From NCBI RefSeq assembly GCF_006345805.1, contig NW_021832767.1:1-32768 (forward strand): a stretch of 32,768 bases of DNA, read 5' to 3'. The notes below the pieces were generated by a model. The model worked only from the letters and a program-made list of their open reading frames with translations, was not told the DNA's origin and ran no database searches. Numbering within the stretch: the stretch's first letter is position 1; each line of letters begins with the position of its first letter. The translations under genes were made by a program, and so were the position numbers. Origin of the DNA: Octopus sinensis. Its lineage: Eukaryota. Below, piece by piece: positions 10,822 through 21,046 of this stretch.

Positions 10822-11207
10822 AACATCAGGCAGCGATCATATTGAAGACGAATCCTCTGTATTTAGCAATTTTGTTTTTTCAGTTTCTTTTGTGCTTTCT
10901 TTGTCTCCAGATATGGCCTTCACTGCTGATTCTCTCTCTGAACTAACCATACTATTGTCAGTCTGGTCTTCCATAGTGAATCTGTAAAGAAATATAAGGA
11001 AAACATTTAGCTTTGTGAAAATATTAAAGTTTCAGGGAGAGATGTTTGCTTCATCATTTGAAAAACACAAACAAAACATTTATGTATTTCTGTCAGTGAA
11101 TTAATCTTGTCTAATTAATATCAACAACTTATTACAATCTATTCTAAGATGTATTAATAGTTTCATTAATTACATGGAGTCTAAATATTAGAATAAATTA
11201 TTTTTAC

Positions 11208-11330
11208 TGGAAATGATATTTGCTCTCAACATCACAAAAATGAGTCATGTGTGGCTTAGATTTATTTAACGATAATTTGTCAAAGAGATTCCCCTGCTCC
11301 CAAAAGCACTCAATAACGAGACACTCTAAG
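11208..11330 (-). CDS. Candidate upstream 123-nt coding exon of the propeller gene
   Basis: Acceptor TTTTCTCTACAG and donor CA|GTAAAA. Only one frame is open (LECLVIECFWEQGNLFDKLSLNKSKPHMTHFCDVESKYHF), and it splices in phase to the 10981 exon (CA+A TTC ACT ATG). Confidence 0.45.
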
Positions 11331-11559
11331 CTGTAGAGAAAATTAACTTTAATTGGTGTTCATGCTATATTATGTCCCAACACACAGCAATCATGTTCAA
11401 ACTTCGTTAACATGGAACAATTAGCAAAACATAGACTTTATTATGCTTCATAGACATTTGTCAGATACAAGACAGACTGAACATTCATATCTATAAACAT
11501 ACAGAGACACAAATATTTATACTTGGGTATGTGAAGGTATATATATGTATATATATATA

Positions 11560-12625
11560 CATATATTCCAACGATCACCTTGCTGTTTGTGTCCCTGTAC
11601 ACTGCTTGAACGGCTCACCGACAACTCGTCTAACCCTAGTTTCAGCATTGATGCCGAGATAAGGGATCGGGGGCCCCTGTCAAAGGCTTTCTCCAAGTCA
11701 ACAAAAGCCAAGTACAGAGGTTTATTTTTGGTTACATATCTTCTCTTTGTTGTAGAGATAGCACTAAATCGCGTGTCCAACAGAAATCGAATGGATAGTT
11801 GTAGAACTCTCTAGAATATTTCTATTGACAGATTTAGATGTAGCACTCTCCATAACACTCCTGAAGCTTCCCTTCCAGAAATATAGCATCAGAGGTGCTT
11901 CTCACTGGCACCACAAACCAAAGTGCATCTCTTCTAGACTAACTCTCTCCCTAATTAGTTTGGTAGGACCCTCTCTTCAACTTCATCATTTGATTCAACA
12001 ATTGATACCTCTGCAATTATTCCTATCTAAAGCATCACTTCCCATTTGTAGCAGTTCACTATGGTGCTGCTACACCAGTCATTGGGTATGACTCCTTCGT
12101 GAACACTTGATATGAGTGAGTAGACCATTATCCACACATGCCAAGATATTTTAAGGATCTCAGCAGTGATTCCTGATGGGCCGGGGCCTTTCCCTGTTTA
12201 CATATTCTTAATTGCTTTATCTATCAAGATACTGTCACTTTGGATAGCTGGTCCCTCATTGGGTCAACATTTGGCAGACTCTCCTCCCATTCATTCTCCA
12301 CGTCCAGCAGTCTTTCAATGGAATTTCTAAGCCTCTTTCCTTGCCAAATCATTAAATGCTAGTGAACCATCATCCATGTGGACACATTTCTCTCCTATGA
12401 CATCACAAATCTCTCTCATACACTGTCTTGCATTCCAAAACACTTCAAGACTCTGGTTCTCATGTCGCTAAACATAGGCAAACTTCTTTTCTGCTTCTCT
12501 CTTGGCTAGATAGACCTGTCCCCTAGCTTTCCTTCTGGTTATCTGATACGGTTTCCTCCTACCCCCAATCTTCTTTGCTCTAATGGCCTTCTCAACAGCA
12601 TTGTTCCTCTACCATGTCACCCTAG
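11560..12625 (-). mobile_element. RTE-clade LINE fragment, decayed (linker to RT N-terminal half)
   Basis: KPLYLAFVDLEKAFDR; homologous to 17000-17790 of the younger RTE copy; many frameshifts. Confidence 0.85.
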
Positions 12626-12764
12626 GTCTGGATGGGACTTTGCACCAGCTGCAGATTTGGCACGTACATATATAAACATATATGTATATATATGTTTATG
12701 TATGTATGTATATGTATATGTACAAATATACGTATGTATGTGTATACGTGTGTGTATTAAATTA

Positions 12765-13715
12765 CTGGACCAGGTTATAAATGTCCCTGCAAGAGCCGTC
12801 GCCCAGTTAATGAAGGAGACAGTTAACAATGAGTCCAGCGAGATGAATTTAGTGTGCGAGTGGGAGTTCAATCATGGGTCAGTCATGAGACCTCTCTTAA
12901 TTTTCATAGTCGTCAAGGCCATAACGGAGGAATTTAAGACTGGTTACCCATGGGAACTCCTCTATGATGAAGATCTTGTTCTTACAGCTGAAACTTAGGA
13001 GAATTAATTTGAGAATTCCAAATGTGAAAACAAAACCAGGAATGAAAGGGTCTTAAAGTTAAGTTGGCAAAGACCCAAGTTCAAGTTAGCAGAAAAATAG
13101 GGCAGTAATCCGTTTGGGTAAATGACCCTGTTCAATGTATAGACAAGGTGTAGGCAGAAATTGCTTACAATGTCCTCAGTGCAAACCATGGATGCATAAG
13201 AGGTGTAGTGGTATGAGAAGAATGTAAAGAGAGAGAGAACAGAAGTTGTATGTTGCAGATGTGCAGGAGCAATATGTAATAAGAGAACATGGGAAATAGA
13301 TGTTCTTGAATACCTAGGAGGCTCCCTAGAAATAGTTGGCAGATTCTGTTATCTAGGTGAGCTAATTATCAGTGGAGGAGGATAGACTGAAAGTATAGTT
13401 ACTGGAATAAGATGTGAGTGGAGAAAGCTTAGAGAACTTTTATGTAAGTTGGTAATGAAAGACTTTTCTCTCAGAGTGAAAGGTAGGTTGTACGATGCCT
13501 ATATACAAACAGCAAAGCTACACAGTTGTGAAAGTTAGGCGTTGAATGCAGAAGATATAGAAAGAGAAGAAACTAGCATGCTCCACTGGATGTGCAATAC
13601 CAGGGTGCTTTTAGGACAAAGAAATGTGCTGAGAAAATTGAAGACATCGGATGTGGTGTACAAGATAGATGACTGCACTGGCATGGTCATGTAAGGTGGA
13701 CAGAGGTGGAGGAAA
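12765..13715 (+). mobile_element. RTE-clade LINE fragment, decayed (RT C-terminal half)
   Basis: KAITEEFKTGYPWELLYDEDLVLTAE (YADD remnant); PHD remnant at ~13170-13260; homology to LRVKGRLY/RLRWYGHV regions. Confidence 0.85.
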
Positions 13716-13729
13716 TGGTCTGATGACAT

Positions 13730-14160
13730 TTTGGCACCTTGGACTGGCAGGTTCTAAGGATCGAGGAGCTCATTCTGTGAACCATATTGACTTTAGTGTT
13801 GATGAGAACACTCCAGTCGAGACTGTTTCCAACAGCTACTCCTAAGTCTCTACTTTTGGATGCTGTGAGTAGTTCCTCTGATGGAAGAGAATATGGTCGG
13901 CTGAGGGCATTCTCTTTTGCAAACTGCACGTGTTCAGTTTGGTCTTCTTTGCTGCTTCAGTGTGTGAGACAGTTATGGTAGAGATAATATGTGAGGGTTG
14001 ACCTCGTTCACATCCCTTGCATCAATATCAGTGGGATCGCTAAAGGCAGGACAGTATTGTTTCTGTAGTACTTGAGCCATGTCTTTAGCGTTGTGGTGGA
14101 GAATCCTGTTATTGTCTCTCAATGGACCTACGGGTGGGGCAGCGGTCTTATGCTTGCTAT
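13730..14160 (-). mobile_element. CR1-group LINE fragment, internally deleted
   Basis: PPVGPLRD...MAQVLQKQY linker fused to PYSLPSEELL...RDLGVAVGNSLDW...RMSSSILRT, which matches the 29536-30705 element. Confidence 0.75.
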
Positions 14161-14875
14161 GCATCAACAATGAAGTCAATATAGCTTGCAGGATGAGCTC
14201 CTGGATCCTCGGAACTTTCCAGTCCAGAGAGCAAGATGCAATTGTTCCCCCACTCTCCTCTTTTGAGCAGCCACACCTAAAATGATGCTGCCCCCTACGG
14301 TCCCCCACCCCTGCCCCACACCACACAAAACATTAAGAGAAATGAGTCACTCCAGAGAGCAATCATTAAAGAAATACAAAGTATGACTCGTCTTGATTAT
14401 TGGGACCACATTAAAGCATTGAAACTTTATTCTCTCCAAAGCCATCTTGCACGATGTGGCGAATACCTGACCAGCATTGCTGAAACAACATTAATATTTG
14501 ATTCAGAATACATCCAGGGCTAGGGTGGCCACGTGCCACATGGCCCCTACACAATTCAGGATCACAACACATAAATCCACAGCAATATAATTCTTTTCCT
14601 GAACAGGACCCTATTCCATATAATGTTATCTAAAAACCAATCAAAGAAAAAAAATACTATCCCATTCCCTTTAATGAAACCTGGACAAATTTCCTCAGGG
14701 GATACGAGAGAAACCCCCCATACCTGGGTACATCTCACTCAACAACTCCCTACATGAATGGGGCTTAATACCACCAAATATGACTTGAAACGATTTAATA
14801 GATCCTATGAGGGGATGCTATTAAGTCAGACATGGTTGGGGCTAGTCTTTGCCAAATGTATTTCAGTTTTTAAAT
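14160..14875 (+). mobile_element. CR1-group LINE 3' end, decayed
   Basis: IACRMSSWILGTFQSREQ...PHLK, then LDYW/LKLYSLQ homology. The 3' terminus (GCTATTAAGTCAGACATGG) matches the terminus at 29403-29470. Confidence 0.8.
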
Positions 14876-14984
14876 TGATACATACATATATAGACATACG
14901 TCCGTACATATGTATGTATGTATCATAATCATCATCTAACATAGCTTGTTTCCAGTTTATGTGTGTGGGTGTGTACTATACTAG

Positions 14985-15335
14985 TTTCAGTCATTAAACT
15001 ACGCCCATGATGGAGCAATGCCCTGATGACATTTAGTCAAATGAATCAACTCCTGTACTTATTAGGTTTTAAGACTAGAACCTATTCTGTCGATCTCGTT
15101 TTGCCAAGTCGCTAAGTTACAGGAACATGAACACACCAACACTGGTTGTCAAGCAGTGGGAGGGGAGAGACAAACACACACATGAAGATGATGGGCTTCT
15201 TTCAGTTTCCATTTACCACATCCTCTCACAAGGTTTTTCTCAGCGTGTGGCTGTAGTCGATGACAACTGCCCAAGGTGCCATGCAATGGGACTGAACCCA
15301 GAACCATGTGGCTTTACAAAGTGATACTACACACA
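14985..15335 (-). mobile_element. tRNA-derived SINE, decayed
   Basis: Reverse-complement homology to 32010-32438 (CCCAAGGTGCCA...GGGACTGAACCC). Confidence 0.75.
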
Positions 15336-15699
15336 CACATACACAGTTGTCATAGCTGTTGCTCTTGTATACACACACCGTACACCCATTAACGCCCCCT
15401 TACCTACCCCAACTCCTCTTTATATATCTTCTGTGATATTGCACCCCTATCAGCTCTTATCCTGTTTGCAGACCCTCCTCCCTGCCACCTGCCATCATTT
15501 ATTGTGAAATTCTCTTCAACTTTGAGATTTGCCAAAGAAATAAGAGATTGCAATATCAGAGGAAACAATGACTCCTTGCCATTATCTCCTTCACCTCAAC
15601 TACCAACACCACTGCATTGCACACACGCCCTTGCCTACACATCCATCTAGCTAGTAGTCTCTTTCTGTCCTTCTCTCCTTCTGTCTGTCTCTCTTTCAC

Positions 15700-15700
15700 T

Positions 15701-15744
<44 letters not shown>

Positions 15745-15787
15745 CACACATATATATATATATATCATCATCATCATCATCATCATC
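15700..15787. repeat. (CT)n, (TA)n and (CAT)n run; the (CAT)n is the RTE tail
   Basis: Direct reading. Confidence 0.9.
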
Positions 15788-17787
15788 GTTTAACGTCCGT
15801 TTTCCGCGCTAGCACGGGTTGGATGGTTCGACCGGGGTCTGGGAAGCCAGGGGCCGCACCAGGCTCCAGTCTGATCTGGCAGAGTTTCTACGGCTGGATG
15901 CCCTTCCTAACGCCAACCACTCCGTGAGTGGAGTGGGTGCTTTTTACGTGCCACCTGCACAGGGTCCGGGGGGTCCGGCATCGGTCATGATCGGTTCGAG
16001 CTTTTAACGTGCCAGCGGCACGGGGGCAACGGGATCCGGGGTACTTTGAATGGGTAGGGGGTATGTGGAATTGCTGCAGAAAGCAGCCCGGGTCTTTGCA
16101 GTCACAGCATATCTCCAGAGATCTCGGTCCTTCGCCATTGCCTCAGTGAGGCCCAATGCTCTGAGGTCATGCTTGACTACTTCATCCCATGTCTTCCTGG
16201 GTCTACCTCTCCCTCTGATACCTTCAACTGTTTGGGAGTGGCACTTCTTCACACATCTCTCTTCATCCATCCGCAGCACATGACCATACCATCGCAAGCG
16301 TCGCTCTTGCACTCCACATCTGATGCTTCTTATATCCAGCATTTCTCTCAGGATGCTTACACTCTGTCTTGCGTGCACACTGACACTACACATCCAGCGG
16401 ATCATGCTAGCTTCATTTCTTTCAAGTCTACGCATGTCCTCTGCAGTCACAGCCCATGTTTCATTACCGTGAAGCATGGCAGTTCGCACACATGAATCAT
16501 ACAGTCTACCTTTCACTCTGAGGGAGAGACCTTTTGTTGCCAGTAGGGGTAGGAGCTTTCTGAACTTTGCCCAGGCTATTCGTATTCTAGTGGTGATACT
16601 CTCTGTGCATCCACCTCCGCTACTAACTTGGTCACCCAGGTAGCGGAAACTATCAACTACTTCTAGTTTCTCTCCCTGGAGTGTGATGGAATCTGTTTTC
16701 TGAGTGTCTGTTGTGTCTATTGTCCCTGTGCATCTGCCGCACATGAAAGCTATCTTATCTGTTAATTTCCCTTTAAGTTGCTGCACCTCTTATGTGTCCA
16801 TAGCTTACATTGGGTGCATCTTATGGAGTTTCTACCTGTACCTTTCTTACAGATTGAACAGGGCCACCTACCCGAGGGGGTGTGTGCTGAGTACCTCTTG
16901 CTGCTTACTAATACTTTGGTCTTTGCTACATTTATTCTAAGGCCCTTTGATTCTAACCCTTGCTTCCACACCCGAAATTTCTTTTCTAGTTCCGGTAGTG
17001 ATTCTGCTATGAGAGCTAGGTCATCGGCATAGAGGAGCTCCCAGGGGCATCCCATTTTGAATTCCTCTGTTATTGCCTGAAGGACTATGATGAATAAAAG
17101 GGGACTGAGGGCTGAGCCCTGGTGCACACCTACTTCTACTGGAATTCTTCACTATATTCGTTGCCAATCCTAACCTTGCTGACAGCCTCTCTGTAGAGCC
17201 TGTACAGCCCTTATTAGCCATTCGTCAATCTCCAGTTTCCACATCGACCACCAGATAAGGGAACGGGGAACCCTGTCAAAGGCTTTCTCCAAGTCTACAA
17301 AAGCTATGTAGAGGGGTTTATCTTTAGCTAGGTCTTCTCCTGCAGTTGTCGGACCAGGAATATAGCATCAGTGGTGCTTCTACCTGGTACAAACCGAACT
17401 GCATTTCATCTAAACAAATCTCTCCCTAATGAGATGGGTTATGACCTTCTCTGAGACCTTCATCACCTGGTCCAACAGTTTGATACCTCTGTAGTTATTT
17501 CTATCTAGAGCATCACCCTTACCCTTGTAGCAGTTGATTATGGTGCTGCTGCACCAGTCATTGGGTATGACTCCATTGTGAACTACCTGGTTTACAATGC
17601 GGGTGACTATGGCATAGCCCACATAGCCAGCTGTTTTAAGCATCTCAGCAGTGATTCCTGATAGGCCAGGGGCTTTGCTTGGTTTCATATCCTTAATTGC
17701 CTTATCTACAAGGGAGCTGTCTATTCGGGTAGCTGGTCCCTCTACTGGGTCAACATTTGGCAGGCTCTCCTCCTCCCATTCATTCTC

Positions 17788-17791
<4 letters not shown>
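15765..17791 (-). mobile_element. 5'-truncated RTE-clade LINE with RT, PHD-like finger, 3' UTR and (GAT)n tail; several frameshifts
   Basis: KAPG...TAEMLK, NYRGIKLLDQVMK, HQGSALSPLLF, LLYADDLAL, VDSFRYLG, RRLRWYGHVLR, RGRGRPRKTW; tail GGACGTTAAAC(GAT)n. Confidence 0.95.
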
Positions 17792-17835
<44 letters not shown>

Positions 17836-17836
17836 C

Positions 17837-17880
<44 letters not shown>

Positions 17881-17956
17881 CATATACATATACATATACA
17901 TATATATATATATATAATATATATATATATTATATATATATATATATACATATATA
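17792..17956. repeat. (TA)n/(TACATA)n microsatellite
   Basis: Direct reading. Confidence 0.95.
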
Positions 17957-18095
17957 TGTGGTTAGGGAGCTTGCTTCCTTGCTACCTGGCTTCAGGTTCA
18001 GTCCCACTGCGTGGCACTTTGGGTAGGTGTCTTCCACTATGGCCCCGAGCAGACCGGAGCTTTGTGATTGAATTCGGTAGGTGGGAGTTACTGCC
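17957..18095 (+). mobile_element. tRNA-derived SINE 5' part
   Basis: GGTTCAGTCCCACTGCGTGGCACTTTGGG...; same family as 32010. Confidence 0.8.
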
Positions 18096-18145
18096 GTGGA
18101 TGTATGTGTGCGTATAGCTGCTCAGTGCCTCTCCGAAAGGGAGAG

Positions 18146-18148
<3 letters not shown>

Positions 18149-18222
<74 letters not shown>
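18149..18222. repeat. (TA)n
   Basis: Direct reading. Confidence 0.95.
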
Positions 18223-18223
<1 letters not shown>

Positions 18224-18264
18224 TAAATCTCTGAGCGAGGTATGAACTGTAACTGCACAACATT

Positions 18265-18653
18265 GTGAAGTATATATTGCCACCTAAATGTAGCTAACCC
18301 TTAAGGGTTGATGCTACTGTAGCTTGTAGCCCCAGGACAACATCTCCTCCAGCTGGCTATTGACACACTTTTTGTGCCCTATCAGTATTTGCAAAGTGAA
18401 GCTGTCCTTCCCATCTTCAACCTGACGTAATACACACGGATCCGAGTTTCTGAGCATTGACCTGTCCAGAAACTCCGGTCCATATGTATAATGTGAGACT
18501 CGAGAAGGGACCGATGGCTTCCCTTTGCAAATACTGATAGGGCACAGAAAGTGTGTCAATAGCCAGCTGGAGAAGATGCCGTCCTGGGGCTACAAGCTAC
18601 AGTGGCATTAACCCTTAAGGGTTAGCCACATTTAGGTGGCAAATATACTTCAC
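18265..18653. mobile_element. Foldback/MITE-like element with ~137-bp terminal inverted repeats and 114-bp spacer
   Basis: 18265-18402 pairs with 18517-18653 with few mismatches; each arm contains the palindrome TAACCCTTAAGGGTT(A). Confidence 0.8.
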
Positions 18654-18684
18654 GGTATATATATATGTATATTTATATATATTT

Positions 18685-18935
18685 TAGTGGGGTAGGTCGA
18701 CTTCATTGACCCTGCTGCCTCTTTGCTACTTTCTTTATCGACCCTGAAAGAATTAAAAGCAATGTCAACTTTGGCAGAATGTGAACTGAGAGCGCAAAGA
18801 TGGACGGAATGGCGCTAAGCATCTTGTCCGATTTGCTCACGACTCTCCAAGCTTGCCCCGGCAGAATCGCTAGCACACCGGGAGAAATGATAAGCAGTAT
18901 TTCGTTCACCTTCACATTCTGAGTTCAAATTCCGT
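18685..18935. mobile_element. Two head-to-head decayed SINE copies of the 20835 family
   Basis: 18685-18860 matches the reverse complement of 20835-20970; 18860-18935 (GCAGAATCGCTAGCAC...GAGTTCAAATTC) matches it forward. Confidence 0.65.
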
Positions 18936-19400
18936 CTACCAAATCCACTCAGAAGGCTTTGGTTGGCCCGAGGCTATGGTACAAGACACTTACCCAAGGT
19001 GCCATGCAGTGGGATTGAACCCAGAACCACACAGTTGGGAAGCAATCTATACAGATATACACATGTATTCTTTTATTCTTTTACTTGTTTCAGTCATTTG
19101 ACTGCGGCTATGCTGGGGCTTCACCTTGAAGCGTTTTTGTCAAACAATTCGACCCCCCCACGCAGGTAAGTATTTTATCAGTTGCTTTGCCGAACCGCTG
19201 AGTTATGCAGACATCAATACACCGACTCCTGTTCTCAAGCGCTGATGAGTGGGCAAATGCAGACATACACACACACACACGTTTATATTTGTGTGTATGT
19301 CTGTGTTTGTCCTCTGACCAGCGCTTGATAGCCGATGTTGGTTTGTTTATATCCCCATAACTTAGCGGCTCTGCCTGTAAACATTCAGTGATGCTCTACA
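18935..19400 (-). mobile_element. SINE pieces of the 32010 family (head 18935-19060; body 19070-19270, with an inverted body copy at 19290-19385)
   Basis: CCCAAGGTGCCATGCAGTGGGATTGAACCC; TTTCAGTCATTTGACTGCGGC; GCCGAACCGCTGAGTTA. Confidence 0.7.
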
Positions 19401-20249
19401 TATCGCCAATAGCTTACCGGCTGCTATTTCTAGCAATGATCGTACTTCGTGTACGCCTGCTTTCTATATTTCTAATTCTACCTTTTATGGTGCTTTATTC
19501 TTGCTGAGCAATAAAATTGTTTTCAATAATATTTATATTTGTATATATATACACACATGTGTATGCATACCACTTCTACATACACTCATTTATGTGTGTA
19601 CGCATATATACATATATGCATTTACGCGTGTAGAATCATACATCTCCCTCTCTCTGTATCTATCAACTCACTGAAAATGTTCAACACTTGATATTTCCTT
19701 TATAGTGAATTCTTGTGTAGCAAATACACACACACACACACACACACACTTTATCTGTCGCATATTGATAGTGTATGTGTTTTGTTTATCCGCCAGTTTG
19801 TTGCGGGATAGCATTCTGGGGAGACTCCCTACATAACGACGGGTGTTAAAGAACACTGAATGCATAGTACCTGGGAACTACATTAATGGGGAAATATCGA
19901 TATCTACCATTCTAGCTCATGTTGGGGACAGTTGTCTGGCCTGTTCGGAGACATTCAGTGTTCTTTAACACTCGGGGTCGTGTAGGGAGATTTCCTTCAA
20001 TGCTATTCCGTGATAAATGTGTGTATAAAGATAATATATACACTATGCATGTACAGCCGAGAATGTTTGTATATACAAGTACCTGGATGTCTGGGTCATA
20101 TTTAACGATCTGCTATGTCTTGTTTCTTAAGGAACCACTTGATATGTGGGCGATCAGTGAAAGGTATCGTTGAGAAAAACAAAGTTAGCTGAGATGGAGG
20201 TGTGGCAGGCATCTGCATATTAGAAACGAGTTACCTGTATCATAATGAT

Positions 20250-20642
20250 TCAACCCAGGTACCCAAATGCCAACATCCTGACTGGTGCTCAATGCTTTGT
20301 GAACATTTTTAAGGCTGTAGCACGTGACATGGAGAGCTGCAATGGAGACTACGACACCATGGCCAGAAGGAAAGGGTACATCAGTGGTCCTGACTGGATC
20401 TGAATGCCAAGGTTCATCCAACAACGGCAGGGGAAGGGGATGTAAGACCCAAACAAAGGAATGTGGGCTTTGGTGAGCGAGATGGGTGTCAGAGTTGCCA
20501 CTGTGAAGCTGATCCTGAAGAAGGACCTGTGCTACCACTACACGAGTGGTAGCAAAGGACAAATTCTGATAGCCAAGTTCAAGGAGGACCTCCTGACCAA
20601 GGCCAAAAGATCTCCTGAACAAGGTAAGGCATCCTGTTGAAC
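20250..20642 (+). mobile_element. Tc1/mariner-superfamily transposase N-terminal (HTH) remnant, maT/DD37D-like
   Basis: ESCNGDYDTMARRK...MPRFIQQ, then MWALVSEMGVRVATVKLILKKDLCYH...KGQIL...LLTKAKR, with stops and frameshifts; subfamily assigned by recall. Confidence 0.65.
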
Positions 20643-20649
20643 CAAGATG

Positions 20650-20830
20650 AAGCATGAGCTCCTAAGTGGCTTTTCAATCCCAAAAACTGTTTGAAATTTG
20701 CATCACAAACAATACAAATAAGTTTCACATCAAGTGGTACAGTGTTGTTTGTCTTGTCTGATTTATGGATATTTAAATGCCTTTTTTGACCAAGGCAGGA
20801 CTTAAATGTCTTATTACAAATATGACTCAT
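20650..20830 (-). other. Isolated fragment with two C2H2 zinc fingers
   Basis: HICNKTFKSCLGQKRHLNIH and CIVCDANFKQFLGLKSHLGAH; non-ATG start; no canonical TGEKP linker. Confidence 0.55.
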
Positions 20831-20834
20831 GAAA

Positions 20835-21046
20835 GGCGGTGAGCTGGCAGAAACGTTAGCACACCAGGGGAAGTGCTTAGGGGTATTTCGTCTTTACGTT
20901 CTGAGTTCAAATTCTGCCAAGCTCGACTTTGCCTTTCATTCTTTCGGGGTCAATAAATTAAGTACCAGTTGCATACTGGGGTCGATCTAATCGACTGGCC
21001 CCCTCCCCCAAACTTTCGGGCCTTGTGCCTAGAGTAGAAAAGAATA
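20835..21046 (+). mobile_element. tRNA-derived SINE, near full length
   Basis: A-box-like TGGCAGAAACGTTAG, B-box GAGTTCAAATTC, central GCCTTTCATTCTTTCGGGGTC...AAGTACCAG. Confidence 0.8.

Larger units (their letters stand above)
5607..10981 (-). pseudogene. Large exon encoding coiled coil plus ~6 tandem NHL/TRIM-type beta-propeller units (~1790 aa reconstructed). Interrupted as assembled: pseudogene, or intact gene with sequence errors.
   Basis: Acceptor TTTCTTTACAG ends at 10982. ORFs 10186-10821 and 5848-9651 share one frame, and 5607-5940 continues it after a one-base shift. Repeated blade motif I-x2-I-x2-L-x2-G-x-L-V...K(I/L)F-x2-(D/N)G-x-(L/I)...(D/K)(I/M)CRW. In-frame stops at 10837-10839, 10186-10188, 9751-9753 and 9658-9660. 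ATTAAA lies 15 nt past the stop (5587-5592). Confidence 0.75.

Noticed and set aside
10298-10987. Plus-strand ORFs (92, 99, 63 aa) and others opposite the long ORF
   Set aside because: Antisense shadows of the propeller exon
17410-18263. (YI)n-rich ORFs
   Set aside because: (TA)n translations fused to RTE or SINE sequence
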